DNA of 33,123 nt from Anthoceros angustus (Eukaryota; Plantae; Anthocerotophyta): the NCBI GenBank assembly GCA_010909165.1, contig VJWM01000368.1, positions 1-33,123 on the forward strand, written 5' to 3'. Below are positions 8,295-20,158 of this stretch, one piece after another. Position numbers and translations under genes: made by a program. The number at the start of each line of letters is the position of its first letter. Position 1 is the first letter of the stretch. A model generated the notes under the pieces. The model was not told where the DNA came from. It saw only the letters and a list, made by a program, of their open reading frames with translations, and did not search any database.

Positions 8295-10545
8295 AAAGAA
8301 ATTTAAAATCCCTGCCTATAAAAAGGTAGTGAAATAAAAATTTAGATGAAGAGAAGTTAAATAAATGAACCCTTTGCATTCAAATCCTCCTGTTTTATTT
8401 CCTGTATTTAAGACTCTTTTCTTGTTTTAAAGAAGAAACAAATATTTATGCGGAGATTGCAGCCAAGATTTTCTCAAAATTGGGAGCCTCCGATCTATGT
8501 CGAGCAGAGGAGTTTGCCAAGAATGGAAGCAACTGATTCAGGCAAACTTATGGAAAAAGCTTTATTTCCAAAAGCTAGCAAAGCTTCCTCGCCAGAAAAA
8601 GAATTCTCACTGTGGTACACTCCTTCTGAAATGTTGTTAAAAATTTTTTCCTTTTTGCCTGTTAAAGAACTCGGCTTTAGCCAGCAGGTCTGAAGAGCTG
8701 GTGTGAATTAGGTGCAGACACTTCACTTTGGAAATGTTTACTTGGGAGAAACTTATCCTACTTTATCTGCTACATCCGACACGATGAAAGTCTCTCCCAA
8801 AGATATACTAGCGGCTCAATACAATATAAAAACTAATCGTGCGCAAATTATTGATTTACTTCCTTTGGCATTGGAAAAAGGACATAAGAGAACGCAAGCA
8901 GCGTTTTTCTAATGGTAAAGCATGTAATTATTTTAATAATGACTCACCTACCTTTCCTGGGGACATTGCTCGTGACATTGTTAGCCTTTGGGATGCTAAT
9001 ACGGGAAAATGTTTACGATTTTGGGAGGGAATTACTTGGAGCAGAGATCTATTTCTTTCTTCAGGTAGGCAGTGGCTAATTATCAAGAGATCTAAGTCCA
9101 TTAGTTTTGGGATGCCAACACAGGAGAATGTCTAAAAGTTTTAGAAGAAGACTCATTGGGTACAGAAGTATTCTTTTCTCCAAATAAAGAACAGCTAGTT
9201 ACCAGGGGTAGCTTCATCTGCCTTTGGGATGCTAAAACAGGAGAATGTCTGCAGACTTTAGAAAGACGGGAAACAAAAAATTGGAGTTCACAAACACCTT
9301 TTTTCTCCAGATAGCCAGTGGCTGGCTATCGATAGCTCTAAATCCGTTAGCCTTTGGGATGCTAAAACTGGGAAATGCCTACACACTTTGGAAAAACCGA
9401 AAAGAAAGTCTCTTCACAAAAATATCTTTTCTCCAGATAGAGTCGTTAGTTATCCATAGTAATGAATCTATTAGCCTCTGGAATGCTAAAGCCGGGAATG
9501 TCTACTCCATATTTGGGAAGAATACAGGGGAAGCTCGGTAACTTTTTCACCAGATAGCCAGCAACAGTTATTGACGACTATGAATTCATTCTGCCTATGG
9601 GATATTAAAACTAAAGAATGGGTCTGCACTTTGGATGAAAGCGGATGCCTCATCATATCTTTTCTTCAGACAGTCAGCGCCTAATTGCTGATAATGGGCA
9701 GATCTCTTTGTCTTTGGGATGCTAAAGCTGGAAAAAGCTAAAACTTTGGATGAAGAGCTAGAGGAATGGGCAGAAATAACCCTCTTTTCTCCCGACAACC
9801 AACGTATAATTGCCGATACCTTAGATTTCATTCGTCTTTGGGATGCTAGCACAGGAGAATGTCTACAGACTTTAGAAAAACCGGCAAAAAGATTGGGATA
9901 CAGAAATATCTTTTCTTCAAATAGTGAAAAGATAGTTATTCACCTTATCGACTCCATCCATCTTTGGGATGCACAAACAGAAATGTCTAAAAATTTGGAA
10001 GAGCCTGGAGATTTCAAACAAGCATTTTTTCTTCAAACAGCCAATGGTTGGTGATTTCTGACCCACATGATGTTCAACTGTGGGATGCTCAAACAGGTGA
10101 ATACCTGCACAGTTTGGGAAAACACTTCGGACATGGGGACACAAGCCGGCATCCTTTTCTCCTAATGAGGGACAATTATTAATTGGAATGAAAGTTTTCG
10201 ATTTTTCCCCGCTAAAAGCGATAGTTATCAACCCACGGAACCTCCAAGAAATCTAGAAAATGAAGAGAGACAAACAATCCAACTGAAAAATTGGTAACAG
10301 AAGAATCTAAAAAGAAAAGCCAGAAGTACTAAAAGCCAAAAGATAGTAGCAACGTTTCAGCGCTAGTGGGACATCGTCCGCCTTCTCCTCAGAAAAAGGA
10401 AAAAAGAGGAGTAGGTTAAGACTTCTAGATTTTCAAGCATTTATTTTAAGGTAATTATTTAAGCTAATTTCCCGTCTATCGCTACAATAATTTGGCTCTT
10501 CAGGGGTTACGTGTAAAGGCTTATTAATAGTTGAAGTAGTTAAAT
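8295..10545 (+). repeat. Tandem duplication, copy 2
   Basis: Collinear with 5729-7977. Confidence 0.9.
8365..10414 (+). CDS. Eukaryote-like protein with two F-boxes and WD40 repeats, copy 2
   Basis: F-box 1: IYAEIAAKIFSKLGASDLCRAEGVCQEWKQLIQ..LWKKLYF (~8444-8570). F-box 2: PSEMLLKIFSFLPVKELGFSQQV.KSWCEL..SLWKCLL (~8615-8740). LW(D/N) repeat cores at about 8988, 9106, 9222, 9351, 9475, 9594, 9712, 9836, 9962 and 10077. Confidence 0.85.
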
Positions 10546-10702
10546 AAAATAGCGTTTGTCACATCCTACTGTTTGCAAATGAAAGAAGAGAGTGAGCAAA
10601 TGCTAAATCATTCGCGTTAACTAAAAGCCAAGTGTGATTTCTGGCACACTTCTTAATGAATAGGAGTTAAATTTTACTTAAGTAAATGATTCCTCTCAAA
10701 AT

Positions 10703-11750
10703 TTACTTATAAAGGTTGTCTTTGAGAATTTTTATCTCTTCTTGTAGAGCTTTAATTATTTTTATGTATTTTCTATATGGTTGAGAAATACGCTAATATG
10801 GTTATGAATTTCGATAGGCTGGGCCGGTAACCCTCCGTACTTACCAGACGTAGGCAAGGATTTGGTCACCCACCGCGTCCGGCTAACATCACTTCATCGG
10901 CAATCTTAAGATGTCCTGCTACCGCTACTTGACCTCCCATCACGACATGACGGCCAGTTTTAGTGGAGCTGGCAATTCCTGTCTGAGCGACGATAATATT
11001 ATGAGCCCCTATCGTGACGTTATGTCCAATTTGCACAAGATTATCTATTTTAGAGCCTTTCTTAATATGCGTAGTTTCAAAGCGTGATCGATCGATAGTC
11101 GTATTGGCTCCAATTTCAACATCATCTTCTATTTCCACTTTACCTAATTGCTGCAGTTTAATGTGTTCACCAGCTTTGTTGGTAATATAGCCAAAACCAC
11201 AAGCTCCTATCACAGCACCTGGTTGTAGAATAACTCTATCTCCTAGGGGCAGCGTTCACGGATTACAGCCTTAGGATGGATAAGGCAATCTTTTCCTATA
11301 GTAACATAAGGACCTACATACTCCTGCACCAATAAAGGTGTTGTCATCTATTTTAGCTTCTTTATCTATAACAGCATGAGGTCCAATTTTACATTAGCGC
11401 CAATTTGGCACGTTTCGTGAATCACAGCTGTCGGATGAATTCCTTCAAAACCTGTAAGCTCTTCCTTCTCTTTAAAAAAGCATCAATTAATTGTTGAAAT
11501 GCTAAAGAAGGGTTTTCATTAATCAAAAGTTACGATCACCCGCCAAAGGCATATGCGAATTAACAAATATTACACCTGCATGAGATTTTTTGCATCGCTT
11601 GCTCATAGCGGGGTTTTCTAGAAAAGAGGCCTCTTTGGCACTCGTTTTTCTAGATCGGCAACCCTTCAATTTCATAATCAGGATTGCCTATCAGCTTTGA
11701 TTGTGTCATCGCTGCTATATGGGCCAGCTTAAAGGTTTTAAGGAATTCAT
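10703..11750 (-). CDS. lpxD: UDP-3-O-(3-hydroxyacyl)glucosamine N-acyltransferase
   Basis: [46 protein letters not shown] hexapeptide repeats. Syntenic after skp. Confidence 0.95.
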
Positions 11751-11767
11751 CGATTTCTCTTATGACT

Positions 11768-12353
11768 TTATGGATTGGATCCTGTGGATGTCTTTGGCTC
11801 TTTAACTTCTTTATCAAAAGCTCATCCATCACACTCACAATATCATCAGAAATATCTAATTCCCTTATCATAATAGTAAGCTCCTTCTTCGTTCATCACC
11901 ATGTGGTAGCCATACTTTTTAGCAACAGTTTCGGATGCTTGAGTGATCACATCAGCGAGCTTATCCAATATCTTATAATTAGCTTGTTGTATTGTGATAA
12001 TATTGCGACTGCTGTTGGCTTGCTTTTGGCTTAAAGTTCTAAATTTACGCTTAAGCTCTGTTTCCGCTTCAGGAGAGGCTGTCAAGATAGTCAGGATCAT
12101 TAAGCTTATCGGCCATCTCATTCAATGTTTTTCTTTTCGCCTAGCATTGTTTCCATTTGCTTTTGAGCGCTTCAAAGCTAGCTTGTTCTTGTTTGCCTAA
12201 TTTGGATTTTCTACGCAAGTCTTAAAGTTTACCAGACGCATTTTAATTCCTTGATCAGCTTTAGCTGCGGAGGCTTCTATTGCTGCAGGACATAGGGCTA
12301 CTAAAGCGAAACTTACGCTAACTGCTTGCAGGATTTTTAGATAACTTTTTCAT
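11768..12353 (-). CDS. skp: OmpH/Skp periplasmic chaperone
   Basis: Signal peptide, then VNFKTCVEKSKLGKQEQASFEALK..EMADKLNDPDYLDSLSPEAETELKRKF..DISDDIVSVMD. Lies between bamA and lpxD. Confidence 0.9.
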
Positions 12354-12381
12354 TAAATTTTTCTCCTTGTTTTGATAGATC

Positions 12382-14751
12382 TTAAAGACGCCCGCCCACG
12401 CTAATGAAGAAGCTTTTAACCTCTCCGCGTGTTTTAGGATTGATAGGGATTCCATAACCCATCGTAAGAGGGGAATGCTTTCGACTATTTTGAAACGTAT
12501 ACCCAAGCCAACGGATGTACTAATGCGTGCTTTTAACCCGAAATCAAAAGTGGCAAAAGAAAGATGACCGGCATCACAGAAAATGAAACCTTCGAGGTTT
12601 TTCATGAACCGTCGAGAAGCCTCTATCGAATAAATCTCCATGGACATCCCACCTCGTGGATCTCCTTCAATAAAACGTGGCCCCAGTTTATAAGGACGAT
12701 AGCCTCTTATCATGTTATCGCCACCCAAATAACCGCTCGTCAAGGGGCATTTTTTTAGCAGTCGTCCTCCAAAGGGATAAAGAAAGCGAAAATCCATGTG
12801 TAGCTTTAAAACACTACGTCTGTCTAATTTATGAAACCAGCTATTGGTGTAAGCGCCAAAGAAACGATAGTTACCGCCCAATCCAGCTATCTCCAATTCT
12901 AATCGTGATTTAAATCCTTGGGTAGGTTTGGCCGGGTGATCAGTAGAATCGTAAGACCATGTTAATCCGGTGGCTGAAACCATCCCATCATTATGTGATT
13001 CTTCAACTAACGAAGCCCCATGCTCATGCTTGGCGTAATATTTATACTGTTCTTCATAAAGCAAGTCATGCGAGGTTTGAATATCTGTATGTTTTAAGCG
13101 GTAATGCCATCCCAATTTCATAAACTGATTTAACTGATAAGCAGTATGACCATTCCCCATAAGTTTTTATATCATAGTCTTTGGCTATATAGCGATTGAC
13201 AGAATTTTCTAGCTCAAATCCTACAATCCATTGAGTATCATTAAAAATGGCTTGGTCAAGAAAAAACATAGCTGCGGCTTTTTGGAGCCCACTGTAGCGG
13301 TGGCATGGGCATATTCTGCCTCCTCCTCTTAAGGCTTTATAGCCATCTTGAAAGAAACGACCTAAGCCTTTATAGTTAAAGTTTTTTCAGTGATATTAAA
13401 GCCGCCAAAAATACTTTCTGCGGTGCTAAATCCAAAGAATGCACCAAAATGTCCCTGGTTTCTTCGACTTCAATATGGACATCGCGATAATTTTCTCCTA
13501 AGCCATAAGAATCTTCTGATTTAACAGCATAGACGTTTACATGAGAAAAATAGCCAATGTTGGCTAAACGTTCTTCAGTTTTTTCAGCTTTTCAATATTA
13601 AAGACTTCTCCAGGAATAATCAGGGTTTCATGGAGAATAACTTTGTTTGGGTCTGAGAATTTCCAAATACCTTAATTAAACCTACCCGAAACTGCTCACC
13701 TTCTTCAATAGTAAGTTTGAGGTTGTAGATCTGTTCCTGGCTTTCAGAAAGAGTAGGTTCATGATCAATGATGGCATCAATATAGCCTTTACGCCCATAG
13801 AGATTTGTAATGTTTTCTATACTTTGACGAATTTTTCAGGAGAAAATATCCCTCCTTCACAAAAAGTTAACTGCTGATAGATTTCTTCTGCACTAAATAG
13901 GTGATTTCCTCGATCGTAATATTACCTACTTTATAAATAGATCCTTTGTTTGCAGTAACTATAATGATCACGCGGTTTTCTTTGAGTGGTTTCCACAACT
14001 TTAATATCGACAGCTGCATCAGCATATCCTTGATTATGAAGATAATTAAGAATAGTGGCTTGATCATGCTGCATGGCCTCTTCATTATAAGTTCCTTCAT
14101 TGCTTAGCCAACTTAAAAATATATTATATTTTTAGTCACCAGCTATTCACTTATCTCTTCTGTTCATGATCTGTAAAATTAACAAATACAATTTCTTTGA
14201 TAGCCTGAGCGCCCTTCAGTAATGGAGATGTTAATATCTACTTCGTTAGTAGTGGCATCTAGCTGTACATCAGGTAAGCTCCGCTTCAAAAAAAACCTTT
14301 TTAATATAGTAAGCTTTTAGCTTGTGAAAAGCTTGATTAAAGCTTTACGGTCAAAAACAGAAAAGCAAGATACTTTCAACTCTTGCTTTAACCTTTTAGT
14401 TTTTATATGTTCGTTACCCTGCCAGTTGATAGAGCGAATGATAGGCTTGGGCCATATTTTAAGGTAATATATAGCTTATCAGCTAAGCTTTTCAACAAGG
14501 GGTTCAACACGGTCATAATCTTGAGAAAGAATTTTAAGATCGTTATCAAAATGTGTTTGCGAAAAATCTCCTTGCCGTGTTTTGATTCAGTTATGAGAGC
14601 CTCTTCAAAATGGTCGCAAGGCCCTTGAAGAAAATTTCAATTTTCTATTTTTGATTTTCATATTGGGTAGACTGACCGAAAAGATTTGATGAGTAGCCGT
14701 CATTAGAAGCAAAAATCCTATATTAAGGAAAAGCATTAATTTATTTGTCAC
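12382..14751 (-). CDS. bamA: Outer membrane protein assembly factor BamA (Omp85/YaeT)
   Basis: GTG start after a GAGGA RBS. POTRA-like N-terminus, then YDSTDHPAKPTQGFKSRLELEIAGLGG and IRGYRPYKLGP..GDPRGG barrel motifs. About 790 codons. Confidence 0.95.
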
Positions 14752-14843
14752 AGATTCCTCTGAAAATTATAGATGATAATCGAAAAAGAGTAATCATAGG
14801 GTAAGTTTTGTAATATTGTAAAGAAGAAGGAGAGGGACTGAGA

Positions 14844-15433
14844 TTAAAATTTGCTTCTTCCGGAGAAAGCTCGTGCTAATGTACCTCCATCTACATAATC
14901 GAGGGGCTTCCATAGGAAGTCCAAAAGCTAAACGAGAGATAGCAACTCTCAAGGGAGCTAATTCTTGCTTTAATAAAAGAGAGTAGCATCTCCTTCAAGA
15001 GTAGAATCTAAGGCGATGACAATCTCTTCTATTTTAGCAAAGCAATACGTGTTTTAATGCTGCAATAGTCAGTTTATCGGGACCTATGCCTTCTAAAGGA
15101 GACAATAAGCCTCCTAATACGTGATAAAGGCCTTTATATTCGCCTGTTGTTTCAATGGAAAAGCTTCTCTTGCACACGAAATAATACAAATAACCTTAGA
15201 TTGCTGGCGTTGCTCTGTACAAAAGGGCAAGCATATTCGCCTTTTTAAGCAGCCACATTCCTCACACTGCGGCAATTTTTCATGAATATCTTTTAGAGTG
15301 CTAGCATTTCATCTAAATATTCTTGTGGCCATCCCAGCATATGGAAAGCGTAACGCTCGGCACTTTTGGAACCTACTCCCGGTAGCCTTTTCAAGACATT
15401 TATAACTTTTAATAAATGAGGAGGATAATGCAT
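14844..15433 (-). CDS. recR: Recombination protein RecR
   Basis: [17 protein letters not shown], a C4 zinc-finger region, a Toprim region, and the C-terminus [26 protein letters not shown]. Confidence 0.95.
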
Positions 15434-15489
15434 AGGTTTGCCATAATTTTAAGAAAGAGCATAGCATAAAAGGTTATTTTATTTAAAAC

Positions 15490-15646
15490 CTAAAGAGTGG
15501 AAGAAAAACTCCATCTTGTAATCGCTACTGTTGCTGTTTTTTAGTTTCATCTTTAAATGTATTTTAGCGAGTCCTTGTCTTTTCCTTAAAAAGCAGTTTT
15601 TCAATCGTCTTGTCTGCTTAATTTTAAGTTTTTCTGCTTAACCCAT
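15490..15646 (-). CDS. Possible ~50-aa Lys/Arg-rich small protein
   Basis: AGGGG RBS-like motif upstream of the ATG at 15646. Reads MG.AEKLKIKQTRR / IEKLLFKEKTRTR / TFKDETKKTATVAITRWSFSSTL*, but needs sequence corrections. Confidence 0.3.
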
Positions 15647-15788
15647 AAATATATACCCCTATAATTTTATCTCTCTTTTCACTGAATTATCTATATTATC
15701 CATGTAGATAGCTTGGGGCTCTAAAGGAGCGCTTCTTTTAATAAGCATTTTGATACAGTTTTGCTTTTAATAAATAAGGGACAGACAA

Positions 15789-16779
15789 ATGCCAATTCAA
15801 CTAAAGCGCGTATCGTAGGAATGGGCTCTTTTTACCTGAACGTATTTTAACCAATCAAGATTTAGAAGAGATGGTTGAAACAACCGATGACTGGATTGTC
15901 TCACGTACAGGAATAAAAGAACGTCGAATTGCCGGCACTCACGAACCTCCTTCTTTAATGGGGTTTTATGCGGCCCAAAAGCTTTGCAGGAAAGTAGCGT
16001 GTCAGCTGCAGATATAGACATGGTTTTAGTGGCCACAATGACACCCGATTACATCACACCAAGTACAGCTGCTATTATTCAGGCTAAGCTAGGGCGTCTT
16101 CTGCGGCGGCCTTAGATAACAAGCCGCTTGCAGGTTTTTGTATGGATTGTCGATTGCTAAAGCTTACATTGAAGCAGGCATCTATCGTATTCTTTTAATT
16201 GCTTCAGAAAAGCTCTCTACTATTATCAATTACAAAGATAGAAATACCTGTGTTCTGTTTGGCGATGGAGGCCGCGGTGATCTCTAATCAAGGAAAGGGA
16301 TTTTCCCTCGACGCATTTTGCTTAGGTTCAGATGGAGAAGTTGCCGAACTTTTAATGATTCCGGCGGGTGGCGCGCGTCAGCCTTCAAGCATCGAAACCG
16401 TAACCAAGAGTTGCATTTTTGAAATGGAAGGAAAGGAAGTTTTCAAGCATGCTGCACGAAGAATGGGGGCCGCAAAGAATGTTTAGTTAAAGCCGGTATA
16501 ACCGAAGAAGAGATTGATTGGTTAGTACCCCATCAAGCTAATATACGGATTATTGAAGCATTAGCTAAAAGTTTTAATCTACCGAGTGAACGCGTGTATA
16601 AAACCTTGCATAAATATGGGAATACCTCGGCATCTAGCGTGGCCATAGCCTTGAAGAGCTTAAGACGAAACCAAATTTTACAAGGTGAAAAGCTGCTATT
16701 GGTAGGTTTTGGAGCCGGGCTTACTTGGGCAGCCGCCATTATAACCCAAATAGATGATCTATCCTCTTCATTCGACTGA
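15789..16779 (+). CDS. fabH: 3-oxoacyl-ACP synthase III
   Basis: [58 protein letters not shown] and [10 protein letters not shown] motifs. Confidence 0.95.
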
Positions 16780-16801
16780 TAAGCTATAAGGACGCAAAGA
16801 T

Positions 16802-17725
16802 ATGTCGCATTCTAAAAATTGCTTTTATTTCCTGGCCAAGGAGTTCAATATCTTGGGATGGCAAGATATTTATGAAAATTTCTCAATAGCTAGGCAAACT
16901 TTCAAGAGGCCGATGAGGTGTTACATCGCCATCTATCTAAAATAATATTAGAAGGCCCTGAGGAAGAACTGCTTGAAACAAAAAATAGCCAGGTGAGCAT
17001 TTATGTTGTCTCTATGGCACTCTTAAGAATTATTAAAGATTTATATCTAACATACAGCCAGATGTGTGTGCTGGCTGCTTAGGTGAATATTCAGCATTAA
17101 CAGCTTCTCAGAAACTAGATTTTGCCTCCTGCCTCTCTATTATTCAATATAGAGGCCATTATATGAATGAAGCCTGTGAGGCTCATCCAGGGGCATGGCA
17201 GTGGTTTTAGGTCTTACAGCTCAAGAAGTAGAGGAAGCTGTGCAAGCAGTGAATTGCCTCATGATTTATGGATTGCTAATTTTAATTGTCCAGGCCAGAT
17301 AGTGATTTCGGGAACTCGAAAAGGAATTGATAAGCGCTGCGTCAGCTCTAAAGATAAAGGTGCCAAACGTGTCTTGCCTTTAAATGTATATGGAGCTTTT
17401 CATAGCGGCCTTATGAAGACAGCTGAAGAACGTCTTGCTGAACATATCCATTATGCCTCTATCCAAGATAGCCCGATAGGTTTAATCATGAATGTGCCTG
17501 GTAAAAGGTAGAAAATATTCTCGATATTAAAGCCATTTAATTAGGCAGGTGACCTCTCCTGTTCGCTGGGAGCAAAGCATTCGCCACCTGGGGAAGAGGG
17601 AGTTGAGCTATTTATTGAAATAGGCTGTGGAAAAACACTAGCAGGTTTTAATAAACGTATTCTTCCCATATAAATACCATTTCTGTAGAAAATTAACGGA
17701 ACTTGATCAGCTCGCTAAAATATAG
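16802..17725 (+). CDS. fabD: Malonyl-CoA:ACP transacylase
   Basis: FPGQGVQY, G.SLGEYSAL (His codon lost in this read), ANFNCPGQIVISG, LNVYGAFHSGLM and QVTSPVRWEQ motifs. Confidence 0.95.
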
Positions 17726-17736
17726 GAAAACTTTAG

Positions 17737-18468
<732 letters not shown>

Positions 18469-18547
18469 CCCTAATTACATCATTGAATGTAATTGGTAAA
18501 ATGATATCTTATTTTTTTAAGAAATCTATTAATTAAAAGGAATGTGT

Positions 18548-18784
18548 ATGTCATCAACAGAACAAGAAGTCATCGACATCATTGTAGAACAGCTGGGTGT
18601 AGATAGAGATGATGTAACTCCTTCTAAAAAGCTTGTCGAAGATCTAAATGCAGATTCTCTGGATTTAACAGAGCTCAATATGACTTTTGAAGAGCGTTTA
18701 GGAAGAGATCCCTCAAGAAGAAGCTGAAAGTTTAAAACTGTAGGCGATATCATCCAATATTTCGATCGTATCACCAAAGAATAG
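18548..18784 (+). CDS. acpP: Acyl carrier protein
   Basis: [50 protein letters not shown]. The phosphopantetheine site DSL is intact. Confidence 0.95.
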
Positions 18785-18794
18785 AGCATTTATA

Positions 18795-18819
18795 TAGGGC
18801 TCTAGAAGCCAGAGCCCTA
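18795..18819 (+). terminator. Hairpin downstream of acpP (possible fab operon terminator)
   Basis: TAGGGCTCT-N7-AGAGCCCTA, a 9-bp perfect stem 11 bp after the stop. No clear U-tract. A second imperfect hairpin follows at 18829-18872. Confidence 0.35.
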
Positions 18820-18999
18820 CATCTCAAAGCGTTAAGACAGGCTTTTATCTAATAGATAAATGCTTTTAACGCCTATAATATTTTAAGTTTAAAATTTCTC
18901 TGTTCCTTTATTCGTTTCAAATAAACCTTAAGCGGGCTTAAAAAAATTATTAACGTTTTCTTGTACAATTACTATCATCTTTATGCCCGTATGATATTT

Positions 19000-19900
19000 G
19001 ACCTCTTTCCAATTTCATTTATTTAATTACAAATTATGAATTTCTGCAGTCAAGTCAAAGCGAAGTGTAAATCTTTTAGGTCTATTTCTATATCGATCGG
19101 CTGTGATTTCGAATAGCTTGAAGATTAATGACACTCTCATTGGCAATTCTTTCTCTTGATATAATTTGATTTATTTCTTTTTCCTTTAATTAAAGGGTTT
19201 CTTTTTACTCTTTTCTTAGGCATCTACGTTTGAATATGTAGCTTTTAATCCTTGATAGCCTGCATCCGTTAATACTTGGGTTAGGGAGGATGAGTTTAAT
19301 CTTGGATTCCTTGGATGGCCTAAAATCATGTTTTGTCGTTACAATAGGATGCACAAATCACTTTTTACTCTTTTTATCGACTTCAAGGTGAGCTGGCTGG
19401 GCGTATTTCCTTTTCTTTTAAGTTGTAGCGCTTTTGTTTTCTGGCGCTCATAGCCGTTTCTATAGCATTACTTAAAAATAACCTCATATTTATTCCCCTA
19501 TCGCCTTTCAAATGTTCTTTCCTCCATGGGAAAAGAAATCAGGATGCTTGATTAGCGTATCTTCAATCCACTTCACCGCTTTATAAGCTGAGCTTTCACT
19601 AAACTCCCCAACTTTAGTAAATATGAAAGAGGTCCTATATTCTTGCCTATATTCCAAGCCCGTAAGAACTATGTTTTCCTAGACTTAATTTGTATTTACG
19701 TCTGTCTTTAATTTTCTCTGCTTTATCTGCTTGCTGTAAAATTTGTAACCTCGTATTAAAGATTGAGCATTTTAACCCTGCCAATCGCCGAAAGTGTTCA
19801 TCATTTAACTTTTCTATCTTATTAAATTTCAGTAAGCCTTTTTTAGATGTTGAGTCACCCTTTACTGAAATTTATAATTATTCCGTTGTCGAAAGAGGTC
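19000..19900 (-). mobile_element. Decayed IS5-family (ISL2-like) element with a transposase pseudogene (~19027-19832)
   Basis: Terminal inverted repeats TGACCTCTTTC (18999-19009) and GAAAGAGGTCA (19891-19901). Protein remnants KFNKIEKLNDEHFRRLAG, SESSAYKAVKWIEDTLIKHP, QVLTDAGYQG and ERIANESVI..ADRYRNR. The start is apparently CTG and there are many substitutions. Confidence 0.85.
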
Positions 19901-20158
19901 ATGTAAGAAGGCTTTTCAAAGAGAGGGCCAATGAGATACGTTACGACCTCAATCCTATCCAGCTAAGTACGCCATTGCTCCTTTTTGGAGAAGCCCTCTT
20001 ATAATTACAGGGCAATGTGCCTTCACAAAAATTGAGCTTTCTTTAGCACATACTTAAAAAGTTGTTTTGAATTGAATTTAGTGGGAAGAAGAGCTATTGT
20101 TCTTTTATTCTACTGATTTTAAAAATACTAATTTAATGAGACAATCTGGGAGAGATTT

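Noticed and set aside
5797-10414. Regular ~120-bp repeats that could be mistaken for a CRISPR array
   Set aside because: The units are degenerate, in-frame WD40 coding repeats without constant repeat/unique spacer structure, and there are no cas genes.
10673-10686. Perfect 14-bp palindrome TTTACTTAAGTAAA just past the lpxD stop
   Set aside because: It is very AT-rich and plausible by chance. There is no loop or U-tract and no second informative copy.
11684-12200. Plus-strand ORFs of 116 and 68 aa
   Set aside because: They are antisense shadows of skp and lpxD.
12318-13160. 280-aa ORF apparently fusing the BamA C-terminus to the Skp start
   Set aside because: Frameshift artefact. BamA ends near 12382 and Skp has its own ATG at 12353.
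16960-17100. fabD apparently lacking the His of GHSLG
   Set aside because: A local base loss in an error-rich read is more likely than a real active-site change.
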